In this document: piece by piece, positions 1-12,203 of the stretch | Numbering within the stretch: the stretch's first letter is position 1 | Layout of the letters: each line of letters opens with the position of its first letter | NCBI GenBank assembly: GCA_049999805.1 | Contig: JBNGIO010005748.1 | Span: 1-50,800, forward strand | From: Folioceros fuciformis | Lineage: Eukaryota | Direction: 5' to 3' | DNA: 50,800 bases | Notes under the pieces: generated by a model | What the model was told of the DNA's origin: nothing | Seen by the model: the letters and a program-made list of their open reading frames with translations, nothing else | The model's database searches: none | Position numbers and translations under genes: made by a program

Positions 1-132
1 CTTGGTTGTGGACAGTCGGATCCGTAACTTGGGGGCCCTGCTTTTTGGTGGGGAGATTTGGGAATTTTCGCGCTCTGGCTTTGGGGTCCATGGTGGTGGG
101 GAGCTGTAAATCCAACAAGGGATCTAATTACT

Positions 133-1923
133 ATGGACAGCAACGAGGCAGAGGTGTGTTGCTCTGGTGAACCGAATAATGGTGGTTGCTATCTGGACTA
201 ACATTGCGCTCCAGGCTACCCTGTTAATTGACCAAGGAATATCTCTCCCTGGTTTCATTGTTGGATTCCGACAGTTTCTCTTCCGAATAAAAACTGTGGG
301 CGCGACCTGAAAGTGAACAATGCATCGAGCGCTCTCGGAACTACAAAAATAATTTTGCACTTGTATGTTCCATGTAGCAGCTCCGTAGTGGATGACCAAC
401 TCCTGTTCGAGATTGATGGTATTCTTTTGTTGACTTGTGCCACAGGGGCAGAGGGGTACTCATGGATATATATCGGTCAAGGCTAATGGCTGGTTGAATC
501 AGATGCGCACAGGGGCAAGGATCTTTTCTCTGCTGGCCTCTGATATCTGCTTGTTGAACAGATTTGGGACATGCTTGCCGTTGCAAGAATTTTGAAATAT
601 AATGCCACCAACCCTAGTTACACCTTTTCTAGAGCACAGCTCTTTGTGGAACGACCAAAGGTTTGGAATTCCAGCTTATACTAGAACTATCACGCAAGTG
701 CATCAGAAGGCCCTTGCTCTCCTTCCTGACATGTTTGGTTTCTGTGCGTTGCAGTGAGTTTAAGGACATGTTTGATTTGAGATACTTCTTTGATACCCGT
801 GAAGAGGACGTGAGGATTGTACAATCTTTACGTCCATCTCTGGCTGACATCACTCCATACGCAAAGAACTTTCGACTCCTGATCTAAGGTCAGACGGAAC
901 CACTGACGATCTAGAGTTTATCAAAATCTCTCTCGACATTTGTCAATAGATGCAAAAATTGAGTTCTTTTATCTGATAGGTCGTATTTTGTTGGCAGCAC
1001 ACTTATTACGAGGAAGAACTCCTGCCTCTGTTGAAGAAACAAAAAGCCTTGTACGCTACACGTGCTGATTCCAGGCTCGCAGTCCTGACATACCTGAATC
1101 TGTGCAAGGTCTGCGGTGTTGCATCAATTATCGTGCATTGAAATATGTTGAGCCTATTGAGAAACTCAGGCAAGTGATGATTGAAAGGTTGTGCTCACAA
1201 TGCCCCTTCATCGCGATCTCTTCACTTAAAGGGAATATCTAACGTCAGGTGCATATACCAGATGTAGATTGTTGGATAAGAAATAGATGGTGAGTTGAGA
1301 CGCAGGGAAGGTGGTCGTCCCGTGACTCATTCTGAAACAGCTATGCTGTTGAAGGCCGTGGGTTACAAAAGCGACGCAACCATGCACATTGTCTCTGGTG
1401 AGATTCATGGCAATGACAGCATGGCTTCAATGCAAGCAGAGTTCCCTAATTCGTTTACCCATGCCATGCTTGTTACTGAGGAGGCGTTATGACAAAACGG
1501 TTTGAGAACAGACTTGCAGCAGTGGACTGGCCTTAGAGAGTGGCTTACTTTCGTCTACACGTACAATGGAAACATGGCACAAGGTCGCCTATCGACGATT
1601 TGAAGGCCATCAGAAAATCATAAATCCTGACAGGTAGGAGTTTCTCTCGGATGGCCTCCTCTGTGTTTTGTGTTTCACCTTAGTCACCTGAACTGTTGTT
1701 GTTGTGCAGGCGAAATTTGATCAATGACTTGGATTCTGGCGAGTTCGAGTGGGAGACGTTTGCCCGGCACGTCAGGGAAATCCATGGGTCTCGGATGGGT
1801 GCACCTCACGAAAGGATAGCTGGCGAGATCGCCAAATTTGAAGAGAGGTTTTATGCTAATCCCTTCCCCGGTTGCGTGTGTGAAAGGAAGGTTAGGAAGG
1901 ATCCTACGAGAGGAGATTATTGA
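133..1923 (+). pseudogene. O-fucosyltransferase (GT106/RRT-like) pseudogene, intron-containing
   Basis: Ordered fragments of family motifs: RIMVVAIWTNIALQ (TM-like, ~175), GYISVKANGWLNQMRTG (~465-515), DMLAVARIL, EFKDMFDLRYFFDT..EDVRIVQSL, YYEEELLPLLKK, ETAMLLKAVGY..MHIVSGEIHG, FYANPFPGCVCER. Interrupted by premature stops (e.g. TGA 1490-1492) and frameshifts. Ends approximate. Confidence 0.8.
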
Positions 1924-2099
1924 GTGGGTGAGAAGTGTAGGCCAAAATTTCAACACGTTTTCATCAATGTACCGAGTAATCTGTAAGCAATCATGGATGG
2001 TTACGAGCGTGTAGGTGGGAAGGGATTTTAGGTGCATCTTGCACGAGTCACATCCTGCAGTCCGGAATGCTTTGCGAGATGTAGAGAAGACCTCAATTA

Positions 2100-2500
2100 A
2101 TACGTGCGAATGGGGTGTGCACTCTGGACAACACCTCACGAATTCATGCAATTGGCCGTTGTCCCATCACGGGGTCAAAGGAACAACTTCAGTCACTGGC
2201 CACAATCACCAAGTCACCACATTCGTCACTGGAAGTTTCCGCAACTGCGACCATCAGTAAAGCCTTCAGAATACCTAGTCGCATTCTGTAATTCTTCACG
2301 GCAAGGTTCCGACAGGAGTGGCATCTAGTGAGTCCCTCAGTGTGCACCCGTCACTGGAACACACGACCCACAAACACCCATAACCCATTTGGTGGTAGTG
2401 GAGCTTAAGCTCGGTAATGAATTCCTTAACAATGGTCCTTTAATAATGGAATCACGAGCATGGTGTGCACCTTGTCCGTTATCTCCCGCCTACCGACACA
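2100..2500 (-). mobile_element. Highly degenerate Ty3/gypsy integrase zinc-binding (H2C2) remnant
   Basis: Minus-strand fragments across frames resemble GR-CVPSDG...HDAPxxGH...RLYWWxQLRK...EFVRxCPEC (seen as RLY*WSQLRK and HEFVRCCPEC); many stops and frameshifts. Confidence 0.35.
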
Positions 2501-3971
2501 TCGGTCAACATACGGGAAATTTTCTGTTTGACTCGAGGGCACATAGTTGCAAGGCAGCATTTTCTTCTGAATGTTTGGCATGCTAAAGTTTTGGGCACCT
2601 GTAGTAGGAATTTGTAGCAAGGAAGGAAGGGTGTGTCCACATTGGGAAAGGAGTGCAAGCCATTCAGAAATCCAGGGGCGTGGTGTCCTAGACTTGCGAG
2701 GTGTATACTGTGAACCTCGCTACATCCGTTTCCCACGGATTCCCCGAGAACAAGCCGGGGACAAGGAATCCCATAATAGTAGGGAACGGTCAGCAAGAAG
2801 GCGGAGGTCACAAGGCCCTTATCATGTACTAAAGACAAGACATGCTGTCTTTCTTCACATCTCTTGTGGAACGAAAGCATATGTGCTCTCACTTCCGGCC
2901 CCCGGGTTATGTAGTTCATGCGCTCTTCCTGGTGCCCTTTTGTCTCCTCATTTTCCCTTTCCCAGAAGGAAGCCTCATTGCCCTATAGTAAACAGTCCTT
3001 TGGCTAGAAGTACTGACGTCAAAGTTAAGAACTATTGAAGGAAGAGTGAAGAAAGACGCTAAAATCATTTAATTGTAAATATATTAAATACATATAAAAT
3101 CTTGGAAAGAAAGTACACAAGACTGCTAGCACTGAAGTCATTCGTTTGAGGTCCAACTGACATGTTGATGAAGGATAGCGAGGTCCAACGGTCTTCTTGA
3201 TGAAGGAAAGCTGCTTTCACCAACTCGGAGCAGTTGCAGTGTCAACGGGATGGAGATGAGGGGTGAGTTCAGTTTAGAGCCCAGGGCCATGAGTAATAAA
3301 CAATCAGACGATACTGTATGTGTTTCGTACCGTCGTGCCGGTGGTGTGAACCTGTCTACTGTGGTCGCATGCTCGTCTTATCCTGACCGTCTGTCCCGAA
3401 AGCTTAAAGCTCCTGCAATTCTGGAATTGCAGAGGTCCTCATAGTTGACGACTAGATGCTGACAAAGAAGTTGTTCCACCTTGCTGCCCCCCTGGTTGTT
3501 TCGTGGTCTTTCTGGAGAGCCTACCTTGGATCTGAAAGCTTTGTTGCTAAAAGAATCGGATTGGGAGCAGCTGTGAGGTATCCATCCGACTGCGATTCCT
3601 GGCAATGAGCATGAGCTGACTATCCGCTAGCTGCAGCCTTCAGCACACGCAAGTCTCCGGCGAAGTGAGGTGAAATCTATTTTTAGGCGTGACAGATGGA
3701 CCGAGTAGGAATACTTTTCACTACTGCGGTGCAGGTTGTTTGCAGTCTCTCAGCCACTTGCCCCTGATAGCTGCGCAGTCATGGGAGTTTGATTCGTCTG
3801 AACGCTACTGCCTAGAGCTGCTTGGTGTCTGAGCTCGCCTTTTGTCGATGATGTGCTGTGGGGATTGTCATGCGTGGGCGGAGAACTCTTGCAGGACGGA
3901 GTGGGAGGACGCTAAGAAGTACACAGCTGCTCCAGAGGAAGTGAACTTGAAAGGGAAGGGTAGACTGCCAG

Positions 3972-5526
3972 ATGGGTCAGGGGGTCTTCGCGGCTTTGGT
4001 CACGGTTGTCGTGTCACTTGTTCTTGCTGCTGCGTACCGGGCAGTGCTCAGAAACTCTCCTCTACAGGATCCACTGCCTACATATCTGCCACGTCTGCCG
4101 AAGCTTGAAGGTGTTTACACTCCAAACAACTTGCTGCAGGAGGCAAGGAAAATTGGAGTGGGTAAGCTGCCTATGCCGGAGGATATCGTAGCGGACCACC
4201 AAGGCATTTTACATGTGGGCTGCAGTGATGGTTGGGTCAAGCGGGTATGGCCATTTGAGGACAAGGTGGAGAATTGGACCTATGTGGGAGGTCACCCCTT
4301 GGGTCTTGCACTTGGGAATAATGGAGAGCTCATTGTCTGCGAACCTTACGATGAGCTGGTATTTTCCTCAGCATGGTACCCTTCATGGAAAGGCCTTGCG
4401 TGTGAGTCTTCATGGGGCTGGTTCTCTTGTGTTCCCAACTTTTACACGGGCTGTCCATGTCATTCCAGAAATTCAAGCCGTGGCCAGTGCTTACATGCAT
4501 TTACATCTGCTGCTGCTTTCAGGGATTATTGAATGTCACGGAGCAGGGAGTGACGGTTCTCACCGATGAGGCTGATGGAGTCAAATTCAAGTAAGTCTTT
4601 GGCCACCTCAGGATGGACATTTACAGATGCTTTTACAATTCTGTTGGATTCCGACCATTATCGTGTGCTCTTGTGCAAACAGTCCGCTGTTGGTGCTAAG
4701 ATGTAGTTCGTCCGCAGGCTTGTAGATGCTGCCGTTGTGGCAGATGATGGCATGATATATTTCACAGACGCTAGCTCAAAATACTCGTTGAAAAACTGGC
4801 GCATGGATGGCTTTGAGGGCCGACCCAATGGCAGGGTTCTCCGATACAATCCTGCAGACAAGACAACGAGTGTGCTGATCAAGGACTTGCACTTCCCAAA
4901 TGGAATAGCTCTGTCTACGAAGCAAGACTTCCTTGTTTTTGCAGAAACCACGCGGTGAGTTTGTGCAACAATCTACTCTGATATCCAAACTTCAGGTTGT
5001 TGCAGCTTTCACCATGGGGTCTTAATTTTGTCTGTTGCCAGCATGAGACTGCACAAATACTGGCTGAAGGGAGAAAAGCAAAGAACATCGGAGGTCTTCC
5101 TGGACGGTCTTCCAGGTTTTCCTGACAACGTTCATGCCAGTGGACATGGAACTTTCCATGTTGCCCTCGTTTCGGTAGGAAACTTCTTTGTGTTTTTTGA
5201 ATTCCGTGGAGGGAATGGGGGCCTGACAAATGACGCGGCTTCATGTTTCTGAGCAGGCTTCAAGCGCAGGAGTTCTACTACTAAGATCACCGTTTTTGAA
5301 ACATCTAATCACCCTGCTGCCACCTTCCGTGACGAGGATAGTGGATGCCGCATACTCAGGGGCGCGTATCCTTGAAGTGAGCGAGAATGGAAAACCTGTG
5401 AAGATGTATAGCGACTCCACCGGCGAGTTCTTCAATTTCGTAACTGTAGGTCAGCAGGTTGGAGACTACCTGTACATTGGGGGTCTCAATGCGGACTTCA
5501 TTGGACAGCTAGAGCTGAAAAGTTGA
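3972..5526 (+). CDS. Strictosidine synthase-like / APMAP-like beta-propeller protein, 5 exons
   Basis: N-terminal TM anchor, PEDI, GGHPLGL, IYFTDASSKY, GRVLRYNP, LHFPNGIALS, LPGFPDNV. Exons about 3972-4358, 4523-4590, 4719-4954, 5042-5174, 5258-5526 with GT-AG boundaries; stop TGA 5524-5526. Confidence 0.92.
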
Positions 5527-6404
5527 TGGGATGCCGGTAGTATGGAAAGTTGGTCCCCACTATATCTCAGCTGTACACCGCTCGAACACGCCAAGCCGTG
5601 GCAGGCACTGTGGCCGGAGACCAGACTTGTAGCCGCTTAAGGATACTGAACATACTCCGACGAGTCCACCCAGGCACGACGGTGTACGATGACGGAGACA
5701 AGATAGTTCCAAGCTACCGACTCAAGTGACATCGAAGAACAGGAAAAAAAAAAAAAAAAGTAAGTTGTTTCAGATCAAATCGAAGATCACAGGACACCGA
5801 ACATACTCCAACGAGTCCACCTAGAAATGATGGCCAGAGGAGGGAAATCCCAGTGCTCATATCCGCTGCTAAATGTGTACGATGTGGTGTACAAGAAAGT
5901 TCGCAGGCTATATATAGACTTGAGTGCCACATAAGAAGCAGAGAGAAAAAGAGAGGAAAACGAGAAAAAAACAAAAACGTTGTCTGGGCAATCGTGGGCA
6001 AGAGAGATGAGTGATTAAATTATCGATCGTTCCGAGCTTTCCATGCCCGCTCATCACAGACCTTACGGGATACAGCTGAGTGTGCAAAAAAACAGGCGGC
6101 ATTAGCAACGTGGAAGGTAGTGGCTACCTGGAGAAAGTCTAAGAAAGTTCTTAAGCTTGAATCCATTTCGGTGTGCTGAGCTCATCCAGCAAACCATGCA
6201 CAAGATCTCCTGTGCATGCCGCTGATGCAACTCATCCACCAAGTTGATCGAAACAGCAGCAACATTTCTGTGCCAGCCTTGACGCTTCTCATGCTGCCTG
6301 AGAAGGCACAACAAAATGTCGTACTTGAAACAGAACAAAATGAAGTAAAAATTAGCACGTGGCGGCGGGGTTTGTCATCCCAAACTTGATTTGACCTGCA
6401 CGCA

Positions 6405-8604
6405 TCAACCAGCCTCCAGTTCGCGCCTTTCAACTGATTCAGAAGTACACAAGGTGAGAGACAAAGCGTCACGCCTGGAAGGAAAGGCACAGCTTTCATC
6501 CTTGAGAGCTGCCGCCGACCCCTGTTGGTTATAATACACATGGACGGAAGGGAGCTGCGAGAAACCAGTCATCTTGGCCGTAGTGGACCTGGTGCTGTTG
6601 AAGCCGGTTCCCAGGCACAGGTCGTTCACAACCGGGCCATCATCACCTGCATAGTCCTCGTAATTCTCGGACACAGATGCAGACGGCGCTGTGGGGGTGC
6701 TGCCCCCCAGACCTGGCAAGATTGTGGTCTCATATTGAAACTCAGGAGCAGGGAGCATGTTCATATCCAAGAGACGAGTACTGAACGTGGAGACCTCCAT
6801 ATCATCAGGCTCGTTGATGTCGTAGCTGTGGCTCGCACCCAGCTGAGCAACACTTAACGTGAGTCTTCGCTCTTGTCTGTAAACTGCTTGCCGCATAGCA
6901 TTCCTCCGTAGCATTATCTCTGCAGTCCAGAGGGCAGCTATTAGCAGGAGACTGGTGGATTGATTGCACGCCGCTCGTGGACTAAGTTGGGGGGAGGGGA
7001 AAAAACGGAAAAGAAAAGGTACAGTGACAAAACTCTAGTAAGCCATTGTAGAACCGAACCTGAGGAAAGGGAGCTTCCAGGAAGCTGGTGCTGTAACGCT
7101 GACGGAATGCACGTCATTGCCTCGCAACCTCGAGGGCTCAAGTCGTAGCATGGTGTTCCGTTACTCCACTCCTCCTTGACCGCTGACAGGCCATGGCCAG
7201 GCGGCATGCTAAGCACAGTGGTAGGCGTGCCACAACCACCATCATCAATAAATGAGTGAAGGTCGCCCATGGATTGTGCCTTGAGATGATGATGTGCCCG
7301 GAGGTCAGCAGACGAGTCTGCGTGTAGGGCACTTGCCAGAAACTGATACTCGGACTTGCTCCTGGCCGAGATTTCAGAATCGGCTCTGTGAGGAGATCCC
7401 TGCCTTGAACCATTCCCGGCACGACTGGGCGGCACTGATATCAGGGGCTCCGCAAAACTGCAAGCGGGTGGAGGGCCTCGCATTTGAAAAGCGGTGGCGC
7501 TACTGAGGAGGCCGCCGCTGGCGCTCCGCGACAGTCGGCCTGAGCATGTGGTTTCATCACTTTGGTCGCCTCCTTGGCTGCAGGAAGAGGAGGGGCTCTC
7601 GGAGTGGAGACCGAGGCGGGTGTGCATCAAGTCCTGTCCGGCATCGGCATCGGCATCGGCCTCCCCATCGCCTTCGCCATCGCGATCCATGTGGGCTTCC
7701 GATTGCAAATCCTTGCTGGGCATGTCCTGCTGCTACAGGTTCACCAACAAAGCAACACAACAAGGAGTGAGTGAGTGAATGAGTGCGGCGGGTCTACGAC
7801 AAGGTTACGACAAAAAGGGAAGGCAGGCAAGACGGTGGTGACTGGGACAGTTTTTCAAGTGCAAGTGCACGTAATACTGCTGAATCAGATCCCGCACACA
7901 AACACACCTTCCGATAAATGGTGCCGTCCTCTTCGACGTGCCAGCCAGCTTCTGCACACAGAGCTTTGAGCACCTCGNNNNNNNNNNNNNNNNNNNNNNN
8001 NNNNNNNNNNNNNNNNNNNNNNNNNNNNNNNNNNNNNNNNNNNNNNNNNNNNNNNNNNNNNNNNNNNNNNNNNNNNNGCTTTGAGCACCTCGTTGTGATC
8101 CGCGTGCTTGGGAAGGCAGTAATTGCCATGAGCGCGAAGTCCTGCGAAAATCTTGGCCGCAACCGCTCTACGTCGGCGCTCTCGCCTCTTGTTGTTCTCC
8201 CTCTCGCGGGCAGAAGGCATCCGGAGAACGGATGTGGCGCTCCCGGCCGCCTGATTCCTGCCCGGCGGACGGCGCACAATCCATGGGCCGGAGGTGGACT
8301 TTATACAGCCCCGGATGGTGCACTTGCGCGCACAGTCAGCGCTGTCGGGAACAGTAGTATGGCTGTTGTTGTCTGCAACAGAGGCGCCAAATGCCAAGTG
8401 CTGCTGTAGAAGAGGCGTCTCGGAAGCCAAGTGGACGGACGCCATGTGCAAGCCGCTCAAGAGCTCCTTGGTAGCAGGAGTCAGAGGAGTCGTTGTGGTT
8501 TGCCTAGCTCCGTTAGTGCCATACATAACCAGCGCATTGGCAAGCTGGTCCGTCCAGGAGTCGGTCCTCGTCCGGCACGCGTAACGCCAATTGTGCCTGT
8601 ACAT
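6405..8604 (-). CDS. BES1/BZR1-family transcription factor, non-canonical (type-B-like), 3 exons
   Basis: BES1_N domain [67 protein letters not shown], preceded by [15 protein letters not shown]. Exons 8604 (alternative ATGs 8526, 8445)-7908, ~7726-7060, 6919-6405. C-terminal LSLTL EAR-like motif. The N gap inside exon 1 appears artefactual. Confidence 0.9.
7978..8077. other. Assembly gap (100 N) with 15-bp duplicated flanks
   Basis: gctttgagcacctcg occurs at both 7963-7977 and 8078-8092. Confidence 0.95.
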
Positions 8605-9192
8605 ACGCCAGCATGAGCCGGCACAGTGAGGTCAGGTGAGGCAGCGGAAAGACGATGGAAGGCAGAGTGAAGACGAGTCGGAGACAGAATTGTTGATGAG
8701 GCTAACTTGGTAAAGGCTGGCAGCCAGAGTGACTCCCTCGCCACAAGTTTGAGAGGCAGGCGTGACATGAGACGCACAAGAGGCTGCCAAAAGCCTCACA
8801 AGAGCAGAATTGAAGAGCCTTTGGGGCGCAGAGAAGCAACAGAGCAAGAATCCGGAGGAGCAAGGCCGTGGCACGTACCTAGCAAGAAGGGGCGCAGCTG
8901 GTGTCAATGCCACGTGTTGGCCTCCATGATTCCAGAAGCAGTCCGTGGGTTGAGGCGGGTTGCCAGCGTCGTGGAAGCTTGCAAGCTTGTGCGTGGCATC
9001 GAGGAGCACGTTTGGAGGGCAGGGCCACAGCGAGGGCAGTAGACGGTCCGGGACGGGGGCAATGCAGCGGGGCAAGGTGTGGCAGATGGTTGGCGTGACG
9101 ACGGGACACGAAAGATGGCTGAGGCCCGGCGGGAGATGAAAGAAAGGGAGCGGGTCCAAGGCGGGGCGGTGTCTGCAGGGATGTGAGAGTCT

Positions 9193-9260
9193 CCAAGCCC
9201 AAGCCCAGCCCAAGCCCAGGCCCAAGCCCAGGCCCAAGCCCAGGCCCAAGCCCAAGCCCG
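9193..9260. repeat. Hexamer microsatellite (cccaag/cccagg)n
   Basis: Direct reading of tandem ccaagc/ccaggc units. Confidence 0.9.
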
Positions 9261-9702
9261 CCGGCTCCCTCACCAGCACCAGCACAGTAGCTCTCCCGCG
9301 GCTCGCCCTGCCATGACAGCGAAACCCGGTGGCGGTGGCGGTGGGCGGTGCCGCTGTCCTCTCGCTCTCTCCCCGGGGCACGGCCAAGGAGCAGCAGCAG
9401 GAGCGGGAGCAGGAACAAGGTGGCGTGCAGTCCGGGCGGATCAAGAAGAAGCGGCCGCGGCTGGAGCTGGAGCTGGAGCTGGAGCTGGGGCTGGTCCCGT
9501 CCCGTCCTGTTCGCTCTGGCCGGCAAGCTTGTTACTGCCGAGTGGGAGACGCAGTCGCCTCTCCCAAGCTGCTGCTGATGCTGCACCGTCTCCGCCTACG
9601 ACTGGTAGCTGCGATGGTACAGGAGCGCGGCGATGGCAGCAACACCCTGGGCCGTCTACGCTGCTCTCCTGCCTGTGCCAGCAGCATCATCATCACGATT
9701 AC

Positions 9703-9803
9703 GCTGCCTGTGCCTGTGCCTGTGCCTGTGCCTCTGTCTGTGCCTGTGCCTCTGTCTCTGCCTCTGCCTCTGCCTCTGCCTCTGCCTCTGCCTTGGCCTC
9801 TGC
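9703..9803. repeat. Hexamer microsatellite (gcctgt/gcctct)n
   Basis: Direct reading; generates spurious PVPVP/ASAS/CLCL ORFs. Confidence 0.9.
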
Positions 9804-10160
9804 CGCTACCTTGCTCCAGCCAAGCCTTCATCAGGTCTGTGTTCGCTGGCCTGGCGTTGGCGTCCCTTCTCTCTCCCGCGGAAGGAAAGGCCCAGGGGGA
9901 ACCACAATTTGCCAGTTTCGCCAAGATTGTAGGCGAAACTAGCCTTACTCTTGGCCCCAGTGGAAGATGAAGGAAAGAAAAAGACATCGGAAAAGAAGGC
10001 GGCAAAGAAAGGCCAGGCAAGGCAGGGAGGCTCCCTCCCGTTCACCGGGCGACTGGAAGCTGCGTCACAGGCAAGCCCCCTTCCCTTCCCTTTGACCCAG
10101 CCCAACCCCGAGTGCTCATGAACAGAAGTGGTCCGGTGGTCCGGTAACAAGTCCGGTAGC

Positions 10161-10240
10161 AGGTCAGATCAGGTCAGGTCGGATCAGGTCAGATCAGGTC
10201 AGGTCAGATCAGATCAGGTCAGGTCAGGTCAGGTCAGTCA
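10161..10240. repeat. Pentamer microsatellite (aggtc/agatc)n
   Basis: About 15 tandem pentamer units. Confidence 0.9.
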
Positions 10241-10348
10241 TGGCGTCAGCGTCATTCTGGTTCCAAGATTAAACTGCTGTCAATGATGAAGTGGGGCATG
10301 CAAGTACAGGTCAGGGTAAGTGTAGGAAGATTCATCAGAGACCGGGCC

Positions 10349-10748
10349 NNNNNNNNNNNNNNNNNNNNNNNNNNNNNNNNNNNNNNNNNNNNNNNNNNNN
10401 NNNNNNNNNNNNNNNNNNNNNNNNNNNNNNNNNNNNNNNNNNNNNNNNNNNNNNNNNNNNNNNNNNNNNNNNNNNNNNNNNNNNNNNNNNNNNNNNNNNN
10501 NNNNNNNNNNNNNNNNNNNNNNNNNNNNNNNNNNNNNNNNNNNNNNNNNNNNNNNNNNNNNNNNNNNNNNNNNNNNNNNNNNNNNNNNNNNNNNNNNNNN
10601 NNNNNNNNNNNNNNNNNNNNNNNNNNNNNNNNNNNNNNNNNNNNNNNNNNNNNNNNNNNNNNNNNNNNNNNNNNNNNNNNNNNNNNNNNNNNNNNNNNNN
10701 NNNNNNNNNNNNNNNNNNNNNNNNNNNNNNNNNNNNNNNNNNNNNNNN
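10349..10748. other. Assembly gap (400 N)
   Basis: Run of N. Confidence 1.
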
Positions 10749-12139
10749 CAACCGCACTCACCCGCCTCTTGGCGGCTGCCTTATCTACCCACGTACACTA
10801 CATTCATTCCTGTCTATCAACTGCACCCTATACATACATACATACACACGTACATACACACGTACATACACGTATTCTGTACTTGTGCTTATTAAATACT
10901 TGTTTTAATCTTCTTTTTATTTTCATAAACATATCGATATAATGTTTTAATATCTATGAGCTCAGTTCCATAATTTGAATTTCATTCGTATGTAAGATGA
11001 CGAACAACCTCGTACTCCAGCTTACACAAAGTGGTTGCATACCAACCAGCTCCACCATTTGGGTACATGCATCACACGCTCAAATAATTATTTGTAAGAC
11101 AGCAACTAAGTCTTGGAAAATTTTATTATCCATGTATATAACACTTCTCTCATTCGATAACCCATTACCATTAATTTAAGTATAGAATGGATATAGTACT
11201 TGTGATATACAACATAACTTTCAAGCCTGTATTGTATTGCCTTTTGGTTGAGGCAAATCTTATCTTTTGATGACATGAAGTTTTGATAACGTAAAGTTTG
11301 AGGAAATGTGCGGTGACTGATGTTTTTGAATAATTTAATCTAAAAATATTTCTTTTAATGTCCTCTGTGACTCTTGATCTTTCTCTGTTTCGGGGGATAT
11401 GCTCAAAAAAAATTTGTTATGTGGCATCCAGCTCCGAAAAAGCTTTGGTTTGGCATTTTGCTTTGAAAATAAATGTTTTTCCTTGGTGCGTTCTGGTCTG
11501 GAAAGATAGATTCTGGTCACAATCTTAATATTAAAAAGTATTAAAATATTCGGGGGGTTAGCGAAACGTTCTTCTTCTTCGCTAGAGCCAGCGCTCCGTT
11601 CACACATTTCTGAACCCTAAACGAGCAAGAAATGTGTGAAGGGCGGACGCCAGCCGCAAGAAGAATGAAACTCCTCCACACGTATGTTTTTGTAAGAAGC
11701 GTGTTGCAGTATGTGTGCATGAATCTCCATAAACTCGTCCGAGGAACCCGGGTCCGGGTCCCAGTCCAAGCCCGAACCCAAGGCCGATGTGCATAGTTGT
11801 GTCAGCTCGTACTAAAAAACAATCTGGGAGCTGCGAAGCCCAAGACGCATGACATGGGAGTGCACCGCTGTGTATGAGCGGAGGCGAACCGCATTATCGC
11901 TCACAGGCCGAAGGCAGAGACAAAGGCAAAATGGATATGTCGTGCATGCGGGCACGCGGGCGGCTGGAGAGCAAATGCTGAACTGTGTGTTAACACGTAT
12001 GTACCTGCAATGCAAGCAGAAAGAATATTGGTGGGGAACGGCCACAGGTAGCGGAGGCGCCACATGCTAACTCGTGCCTGGGGTGCTGCACCACAGCACA
12101 GCACTGCACAGCACAGAAGACAACACAACAGCAGTGAAC

Positions 12140-12203
12140 AGCACAAGCACAAGCACAAGCACAAGCACAAGCACAAGCACAAACACAAACACAAACACAA
12201 ACA
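12140..12203. repeat. Hexamer microsatellite (agcaca/aacaca)n
   Basis: Direct reading. Confidence 0.9.

Noticed and set aside
5640-5835. Short diverged duplication (gaacatactcc.acgagtccacc) around an A17 run
   Set aside because: Looks like a local 3-prime-region duplication; no TSD or SINE/retrocopy hallmarks could be supported.
8632-10150. Many overlapping 100-270 aa ORFs (GLGLGL, PVPVP, ASAS, ELELEL)
   Set aside because: They arise from stop-free GC-rich hexamer microsatellites open in several frames on both strands; no domain signal.
10252-10942. Long ORFs spanning the gap
   Set aside because: Made of N-derived X residues.
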